Positions 57,347 through 64,000 of a stretch of DNA of 64,000 nt are shown here, one piece after another. The notes below the pieces were generated by a model. The model was given only the letters and a program-made list of their open reading frames with translations. It was not told the origin of the DNA and did not search any database. Origin of the DNA: Parcubacteria group bacterium Greene0416_36. Lineage in GTDB: Bacteria > Patescibacteriota > Patescibacteriia > VMEV01. The stretch covers positions 6,929-70,928 of the forward strand of contig VMEV01000006.1 in NCBI GenBank assembly GCA_007375725.1, given 5' to 3'. Both the position numbers and the translations under genes were made by a program. Numbering within the stretch: position 1 is the stretch's first letter; each line of letters starts with the position of its first letter.

Positions 57347-58516
57347 ATGAGGAGGCATTATCACACCTACGGCTTTTACGGGATATTCTTTTTAGCGTCT
57401 CTTTTGTCATTTGGGTCCATCCATAGCCAAACCCAATCCCTCGACCGAGACCTCTCCTCTATCCACCTGTCTCATTTATATAACAATGTTTTACGACACA
57501 ATAGAATCGTCGATGTAAAAACTGAGTATGTAAATAGGGAGAATTTTATAAAAGGACTGTACCTCACTGCGCAGACGGCGGGATCGAAGCGCCTTGCCGA
57601 CTTCATTGAACTTGCCAATAAAACCGAGATCAATGCCTTTGTGATCGATGGCAAGAATCCGAATGGCAGTCTGCCATTTATCCCGGAAGATGAATCTCTC
57701 AAGGATTATAGTGAAAAGAATAAAATGCCACTCAAAAATCTGAATGAAATTTTGAAAGACCTCAAGAAAAATAATATTTATAGCATAGCCAGAATCATCA
57801 TTTTTTTGGATCCTTTTTATGCGTCTAAGCATCCGGATCTGATTTTTTATAATAAAAATAAGCAGCCTTGGAAAGATTTTAACGGCAATAAGTGGCTCAA
57901 TCCAGTCAATCAGCAGATGTGGGACTATAACGTACGTGTCGCAAAAGAATTACACGAGAGAGGGTTCGACGAGATTCAATTCGACTATATCCGATTCCCT
58001 TCCGATGGCGTGATTCGGGATCTTACGTGGACGCACAAAGGAACCAAGGAAGAAACCATGCGAGATTTTTTCAAATACTTGCATGCAGAATTGCGCGAGA
58101 AAGAAAATATAAAAATTTCCGCAGATTTATTCGGTCTGACCTTCAATATGACCGAATTCGACCTCAATATCGGCCAGCGCCTCGAATACGCCGCCCCTTA
58201 TTTCGACGCGATCTCGCCCATGGTCTACCCGTCGCACTACCCCACCGGCTACATGGGTTTCAAAAATCCGGCCAATTATCCTTATGAAGTCATTTATCAG
58301 GCCATGGAAAAAGGAAAACCCATTTATAAAAAATTAGGACTCCCATTCACCGCCCGCCCATGGATACAGGCCTTTGATATGGGCGCCCTCTACAATCGAG
58401 AGCGAACCCGGCTTCAAATGCAGGCTATCGAGGATGCCGAAGGCGCGGGATGGATCCTATGGAATGCGCGGAATGAGTATAAAAGTGAGATATTAGATGA
58501 GGAAATACAAAAATAA
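57347..58516 (+). CDS. Putative glycoside hydrolase (DUF4015-like)
   Basis: IKGLYLT, INAFVID.K, IARII.F.D, GFDEIQFDYIRFPSDG, SPMVYPSHY, RPWIQAF, WNARN.Y. Confidence 0.85.
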   Translation: MRRHYHTYGFYGIFFLASLLSFGSIHSQTQSLDRDLSSIHLSHLYNNVLRHNRIVDVKTEYVNRENFIKGLYLTAQTAGSKRLADFIELANKTEINAFVIDGKNPNGSLPFIPEDESLKDYSEKNKMPLKNLNEILKDLKKNNIYSIARIIIFLDPFYASKHPDLIFYNKNKQPWKDFNGNKWLNPVNQQMWDYNVRVAKELHERGFDEIQFDYIRFPSDGVIRDLTWTHKGTKEETMRDFFKYLHAELREKENIKISADLFGLTFNMTEFDLNIGQRLEYAAPYFDAISPMVYPSHYPTGYMGFKNPANYPYEVIYQAMEKGKPIYKKLGLPFTARPWIQAFDMGALYNRERTRLQMQAIEDAEGAGWILWNARNEYKSEILDEEIQK

Positions 58517-58567
58517 AAATCTCCAACTAGGGTCGGAGGTTTTTAAATGTTATGATGATCAAAATAT

Positions 58568-59758
58568 ATGCCCGCAAAAACAAATGAAAAAACTCCCATC
58601 AAAAAATCTAGCCTACGCCCCATCAAAAATTTCTTTATTCCACATGAGAGCAACAATTTTAAGGCGCACGCCCTGCACCCCAGCCATTTGATGTTCCATG
58701 CTCTGGCCGCATTTTTTTTAAAAATGTTCGTTTTTGTAGCGGTATCTTTTCTCCCTTTTTCCGCCTTGGTCGCTCCCGACTTATTGCTGAGGCAAGAACA
58801 AAAGATTATTGAACTCACCAACAATATAAGGGAGTCTCTCAATATTCCGCCCCTTAAAACAAACCCTCAACTTGCCCGGGCGGCGGCTAATAAGGCCAAG
58901 GACATGTCGGGGCTCGAGTACTTTTCCCATACCAGTCCCGATGGAAAAACCGTAGCCGATTGGATTGTAGCGGAAGGCTATGATTTCGCGGTATCCGGAG
59001 AAAATTTAGCGGTTGGTTTTTCTCTTCCTCAAAATATCATCGCCGGATGGAGAAAAAGCCAAACCCACTACGCGAATCTTATTGACGAAAATTTTAGCGA
59101 AATCGGGGTCGGCATCGCTTTGGGACGTTATAAAGAAAAAGAAACCGTCTATGTGGCGGAGTTTTTTGCCACCCCCAACCAAATTGCCTCCAGCGCTCCG
59201 GTTGCAAAAACGAAACCTGCCGTCACAAAACCCGCTCTCACTAATCTCATAGTGGAGAATAAAACCTCGCTCAAATCCGTACCCACCCGGTCCGGAAACC
59301 TGCTTGAAGCCACCGCGACTCTAAACAAGCCAGCTGAATCAGCTACAATATTCTTTGCGGATTATAAAATACCTTTACAGCCCTCGCCAACGGATTCCAA
59401 CACATGGACCGGGACCCTCGTGACGGATGCGGAAAAAAAACAAGAGTATGATCCCATAGTCCTAGCAGCCGTGGCCGTAAAAGATTCCGATGGAAAGATC
59501 TTGATGCAAGACATACCGGTCGAAAATATCAGTGTAGCCCAGCCTGGATTCATTGATATTTATAATTTCTACAAAAAAAATCCAAGTTTTTTAACCCAAT
59601 TATTTAAATTCAATAATATTTATTATGCCCTAGTTATTTCCATTATTTTTATCGCTCTATTGGGGGGAGTATTTGTAGAAATAAAACACAAACATAAAGA
59701 GGCACTCTTCCCCGCCTTTGGGTTAATGGCTTTTCTACTCATTCTCATTAGATTTTAA
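58568..59758 (+). CDS. CAP (SCP) domain membrane protein
   Basis: FIPHESNN, IIELTN..R, KAKDM..YFSHTSPDG, GENLA, W.KS.TH.AN, EIGVG; C-terminal TMs. Confidence 0.88.
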   Translation: MPAKTNEKTPIKKSSLRPIKNFFIPHESNNFKAHALHPSHLMFHALAAFFLKMFVFVAVSFLPFSALVAPDLLLRQEQKIIELTNNIRESLNIPPLKTNPQLARAAANKAKDMSGLEYFSHTSPDGKTVADWIVAEGYDFAVSGENLAVGFSLPQNIIAGWRKSQTHYANLIDENFSEIGVGIALGRYKEKETVYVAEFFATPNQIASSAPVAKTKPAVTKPALTNLIVENKTSLKSVPTRSGNLLEATATLNKPAESATIFFADYKIPLQPSPTDSNTWTGTLVTDAEKKQEYDPIVLAAVAVKDSDGKILMQDIPVENISVAQPGFIDIYNFYKKNPSFLTQLFKFNNIYYALVISIIFIALLGGVFVEIKHKHKEALFPAFGLMAFLLILIRF

Positions 59759-59829
59759 CTTGACCGGAGGCAATAAAAGGACTAAAATTGAAAGATATAA
59801 TCAATTTTAGCTAATAAAGAAATTATTTT

Positions 59830-62800
59830 ATGATTGTAAATCAATCATTTTCAATAAAGCAGAGTATCGTCCTCCCTGCTTTATTTTTATTTGCGACTTT
59901 ATTGCCCCAGACTGTACTTGGAGCAGTTCCAAGTACACTGACCGCTACCAATGTAGAACCCGCTAGCTTGCTCGTTGGTTCTACCAATACCGTAACTGTT
60001 AATTTCACAACAGTTGGAGGCATCAACAAAAAAGATGCTATCAAAATTACATTCGGAGCTGGATTTAATATAGCCGCAGCTTCCGGAGGTGCTTGTGCTA
60101 CCTTCGATGACGCTGGCACGGTTGTGACATCCGTCGCTGGCCAAGTTGTCACCCTTACAAGACAGAACGATGGGTCCATTCAGACCGCGGCCGCCGAAAC
60201 TTGTACCATTAACAATATCGTGAACCCGGTGACTATCGGTTCTACAGGAACCTACTCTATTCAAATCGTCAATCCCAGCAATAATGTCGTGCAAGAAGAA
60301 GATCTTGCTGTCACGGCCGATACCATAGTAGCCGACACCGTAGCTCCAACCATCACAATCACGGCTCCCACGAAAACATCCGGCGCGGTGGTCACAGACA
60401 CGACGATTTTAGTGACTGATAATGCGGCGGTCACGGCAGCCAATGTGATTATCGATCCCTCATCGACCGCTACGGCAACCCTCTCGTGCATCCAAACTGA
60501 TTCAAAAACAGTAAACTGCACAACCACAATTTCTTCTTCCGGTGATCTGGTCATCAAAGCGACTGATAGTTCCACAAATATATCCACATCTACGTCGGCT
60601 GGATACACCATCACGCTTCCGGACACAACCGTTCCAATTGTAACTATCACCGCCCCTACAAAAATCTCAACTGCAGCTATTACCGATACGACCATTTTAA
60701 TTACTGATAATAAAGCTATCACTGCGACCAATATCTTAGTGGACGGGACTTCGACTGCTACAGCCACCCTCAACTGCACCCAGACGAATGCTACTACGGT
60801 TAACTGTACAACTAACATTTCCACTTCTGGAAATTTGGTTATCAAAGCCACAGACGATGCTGCAAATATTACAACTGCCACGGAAACCGGTTATTCCATC
60901 AATCTTCCTGATACAACTGCTCCAACAATCGCGATTACAGCTCCTACAAAAAATGATGTCGCTATTATTACTAATACAACTATTGCCGTTACTGACAACA
61001 AAGCTATCACAGCTGCGAATGTTGTAGTAGATGGAACCTCAACGGCTACAGCAACCATCACCTGCACTCAAACGAATGCAACTACGGTAAACTGCACCTC
61101 TACGGTCTTCACCTCAGGGAATTTAGTTATCAAAGCAACCGATGATGCAGCCAATGTAACCACCAAAACCGAGGCGGGTTATGTTATCACCATTCCAGTT
61201 GTCGACACCACTGCCCCCACAGTTGCGATCACCGCACCTACGAAGACATCGGCCGCGACTATTACCGATACAACCATTGCAGTTACCGATAATACAGCCA
61301 TCACGGCTACCAGCGTCGTCGTGGATCCCACTTCGACAGCTACAGCTACCCTCAACTGCGTCCAAACCAATGCGACAACAGTGAATTGCACCAGCAGTAT
61401 CTCTACTTCGGGCAATTTAGTGATCAAAGCAGTAGATAATGCAGCGAACGCTACAACAACTGCTGAAAACAATTATACGATCAATTTACCCGATACAACG
61501 GCCCCAGTCGCGACTATTACAGCCCCAACAAAAATAGCGGCAGCCGCGATAACCGATACCACTATTTCTATTACAGACAATAAAGGAATTACAGCCATCA
61601 ATATAACAGTTGATGTTTCCTCTACAGCTACAGCCGTTCTCAACTGTGTACAAACCAATGCCACTAAGGTTGACTGTACTACTAATATTTCTACTTCTGG
61701 AGACTTGATCATCAAATCCGCGGATGATGCTGGCAACTCCAACCTGACAACTGAAGCAGGCTATACGGTCAATCTGCCTGATACTACGGCTCCAGTTATA
61801 GTATTCAATGCCCCAACCAAGGCTTCGACTTCCAACATTACCAATACCACCATCACTATTACAGATAATAAAGCAATTACAGCAGCTAATGTCATTATTG
61901 ACCCATCCTCCACGGCCACAGCCACGATCGCCTGTACTCAAACCAATGCCACTACAGTGGACTGCACCAGCAATATCACCACCTCCGGCAATTTGACGAT
62001 CAAGGCTACGGATAACGCAGTTAATGTCAGCACGGTGAGTGAAAATGGTTATTCAATTACTCCTCCACCCATTCAGATACAAAACCAGACCTTTGGGGGT
62101 TCCCAGATTTGCCGAACTGGTGAAGGAAGCATTATAATTAATGGAAATGCTATCAGTTCCTCTTCTCGGGAAGTCATGATCTCAGTTATATTGAGTGCTA
62201 ATAATACGCCAGTTGAACTGATCGCGAGCGAATCCGCCACATTTGAAGGAGCCAATTATCGGCCTTATTCCGGACAATTCTCCTTCATCCTCAGCCCGGC
62301 CTCAGGAGAGAAAAAAGTCTATGCCATTGTCCGAACCACCTGCTTTGAAACCCCGGTTCTGTTCGATACGATCAACTTAGAAGCAGGCGCGACTGAAACG
62401 ATCTTGCCCCCCACCCCGCCAACCGAAAATACAAATATCCCCCCCGCTCCAACGGAAAACAATACCAATGTCACTCCAACCCCTACTCCCACTCCCACTG
62501 AAAATAATGCCAATCTGAATCCTAATTCCAATGCAGGATCCAATGGATCTGGAACGGAATCTGGAACAGGTGCAGGCGCTGGAATCGACAATATCCCCGG
62601 ATCAGGTACTTTGCCGGAAAATAGCGTGGTAGATAATACCCAAGCCGACGGCGAAATCTTAGGTATCAAGCTCTACGCCCCCGGACAATTGATTCGAGCG
62701 CTCGTGGACAGAAAAGTCTATATTATCAATAAGAATGGAACCAAACACCATATCTTGAATCTCAAAGAACTCGCAAAATCTTATCGGGGCAAAACAATAT

Positions 62801-62847
62801 TTAATACAACGATTGCGATGATAAAATTGTATGCCAATGAAAAATAA
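59830..62847 (+). CDS. Large Thr-rich cell-surface protein with six Ig-like repeats
   Basis: Signal peptide; 6 x DT..P...TAPTK units of about 96-98 aa; Pro/Thr/Asn linker; GEILG..Y..G.LIR C-terminal domain. Confidence 0.88.
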   Translation: MIVNQSFSIKQSIVLPALFLFATLLPQTVLGAVPSTLTATNVEPASLLVGSTNTVTVNFTTVGGINKKDAIKITFGAGFNIAAASGGACATFDDAGTVVTSVAGQVVTLTRQNDGSIQTAAAETCTINNIVNPVTIGSTGTYSIQIVNPSNNVVQEEDLAVTADTIVADTVAPTITITAPTKTSGAVVTDTTILVTDNAAVTAANVIIDPSSTATATLSCIQTDSKTVNCTTTISSSGDLVIKATDSSTNISTSTSAGYTITLPDTTVPIVTITAPTKISTAAITDTTILITDNKAITATNILVDGTSTATATLNCTQTNATTVNCTTNISTSGNLVIKATDDAANITTATETGYSINLPDTTAPTIAITAPTKNDVAIITNTTIAVTDNKAITAANVVVDGTSTATATITCTQTNATTVNCTSTVFTSGNLVIKATDDAANVTTKTEAGYVITIPVVDTTAPTVAITAPTKTSAATITDTTIAVTDNTAITATSVVVDPTSTATATLNCVQTNATTVNCTSSISTSGNLVIKAVDNAANATTTAENNYTINLPDTTAPVATITAPTKIAAAAITDTTISITDNKGITAINITVDVSSTATAVLNCVQTNATKVDCTTNISTSGDLIIKSADDAGNSNLTTEAGYTVNLPDTTAPVIVFNAPTKASTSNITNTTITITDNKAITAANVIIDPSSTATATIACTQTNATTVDCTSNITTSGNLTIKATDNAVNVSTVSENGYSITPPPIQIQNQTFGGSQICRTGEGSIIINGNAISSSSREVMISVILSANNTPVELIASESATFEGANYRPYSGQFSFILSPASGEKKVYAIVRTTCFETPVLFDTINLEAGATETILPPTPPTENTNIPPAPTENNTNVTPTPTPTPTENNANLNPNSNAGSNGSGTESGTGAGAGIDNIPGSGTLPENSVVDNTQADGEILGIKLYAPGQLIRALVDRKVYIINKNGTKHHILNLKELAKSYRGKTIFNTTIAMIKLYANEK
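60334..62060 (+). repeat. Six diverged intragenic tandem repeats (about 290 nt each)
   Basis: Each unit has TDN.AITA, STATAT..C.QT....V.CT, SG.L.IKA.D. Confidence 0.9.
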
Positions 62848-62875
62848 ATCATCCCGATGATGATTTGATAAGAAG

Positions 62876-62908
62876 AAAACGGTCCGAAGCAATATCGGAC
62901 CGTTTTTT
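62876..62908 (+). terminator. Intrinsic terminator
   Basis: aaaacggtccga-agcaata-tcggaccgtttttt. Confidence 0.8.
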
Positions 62909-63187
62909 GTTCCGAATATAAAAACCCCTCGATGTTAAATCGGGGGTCAATCTTTGTTACGGGGGTGTTCGCCCCTTAAAATTAAAATCATTTCATGGCT
63001 AGACAGCCCTCTATAAAAACACACCTGAATCAAAAAATCAATAGACGAATACACTCGCTCGCATTTTTTTACTTCATATTAGCGATTTTTTAAAATTACT
63101 ATTGACTTTTTAATGCAAACAGAGTATAAAAAAATCAGTTTTCGATACTTTGACAATTTTTTACACCTTTTAAAAAAGGAATTTTCA

Positions 63188-64000
63188 ATGAAAATTCATA
63201 TCGCACTACAAAATCCGCTTCAAACAGCACTTGTTCAAGTGCTGAATCTAATTGATGGTCAAGAATTTGTCGATTTTCTATCAGCAAAACTCGTGATAGT
63301 AGAAGATAAATCGGCGCTGATTAAACTTCACTCACTGGATAAATATTTCATTGTATTTTCAGTGAAAAATCCAGGGGTATTACCCGCAAATGCAGAGTGG
63401 ATCAATCTATTGGGAGGTATAGTAACTCGACTAATGCCTTTAATTGCCGATCCAAAAGAAATCGAAAATCGAATTGCGAAGGCGACTAGTCATGTAGGGG
63501 TGCCAAGCACAAGAGACCCTATAGAGTCCGTGACCAAAGTTCGAGGTTTTGGTCCAGAAGTGAATATACTAGTCGTGGACGATCGAGAAAAAAATCGAGA
63601 AAGGGCAAAAACGGAGTTGGCTAGTCAGTATAATCTGACTATCGCCTCTACTTATATTGAGGCTATGGAGGTGCTAAACTGGGACGAACACTATGAATAT
63701 GTGTTGAGCGACCTGTATCTACCTCCGAACGACAAGAATAAAACCCTCTCACCTGAAGCTATAGAGATCGGCGCACAAATCCCGTATGGATTCCTCATTG
63801 CCCTCGAAGCGGCACGTAAAGGCAGTCACGTAGCAATCGTGACAGACGCCAACCATCATCAAGACTGCTTGTCTGCCGAACTAGACTCGCTCCGAAAAGG
63901 CTATTTGGTGAACGGTAAAAAGCTCATGCTCATCAATTATTGCGGAAAAAATTGGGCAGAAGCTTTGCAAATACTGAAGGGAGAACAAAAAGAACCAAAC
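63188..64000 (+). CDS. Orphan protein with a receiver (REC)-like domain, 3' partial (not in the ORF track)
   Basis: Open from ATG 63188 (AAAGGA SD; TTGACT-17-TATAAA promoter 63102-63130) to the window end; NILVVDD, YVLSDLYLP, IVTDANHH. Confidence 0.7.
   Translation, partial: MKIHIALQNPLQTALVQVLNLIDGQEFVDFLSAKLVIVEDKSALIKLHSLDKYFIVFSVKNPGVLPANAEWINLLGGIVTRLMPLIADPKEIENRIAKATSHVGVPSTRDPIESVTKVRGFGPEVNILVVDDREKNRERAKTELASQYNLTIASTYIEAMEVLNWDEHYEYVLSDLYLPPNDKNKTLSPEAIEIGAQIPYGFLIALEAARKGSHVAIVTDANHHQDCLSAELDSLRKGYLVNGKKLMLINYCGKNWAEALQILKGEQKEPN

Noticed and set aside
62915-63020. Possible ncRNA downstream of the surface-protein gene
   Set aside because: Only short hairpins with no recognisable family motif; the support is too weak.
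1-64000. TGA recoding (genetic code 25 or 4)
   Set aside because: Conserved genes are full length under code 11, and TGA ends genes at expected positions (for example the RelE toxin and ATGA overlaps).

Overview
Chromosomal window from a small-genome bacterium, most likely Patescibacteria/CPR (inferred from the split transketolase, short AlaS, CPR-style surface proteins and Shine-Dalgarno-less core genes; genetic code 11). It holds housekeeping genes (gpmI, murE, truB, typA, two-subunit transketolase, gltX, eno, pyrG, rpmA, rlmN, rplJ-rplL with an L10 leader, mutY, alaS), one tRNA-Arg(CCG), glycosyltransferase and cell-envelope clusters, several toxin-antitoxin-like modules and about a dozen solitary AT-rich orphan genes. 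I saw no CRISPR array, integrase, transposase or reverse transcriptase. Main observations: (1) at least five families of REP-like palindromes, which have invaded coding sequences in frame (5 clear plus 2-3 degenerate copies in one membrane-protein gene, 3 repeat-derived segments in mutY, and repeat-supplied C-termini or stops in other genes); (2) a LexA/S24-type self-cleaving repressor with an antitoxin-like tail, translationally coupled to a MazF/PemK toxin; (3) two paralogous genes truncated at the same point and fused tail-to-tail at an internal palindrome; (4) two initiation styles: SD-less T-ATG core genes (including zero-gap CAT|ATG divergent pairs) versus promoter/boxA-like/SD/terminator orphan cassettes. 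All calls come from reading motifs by eye; no searches were run.
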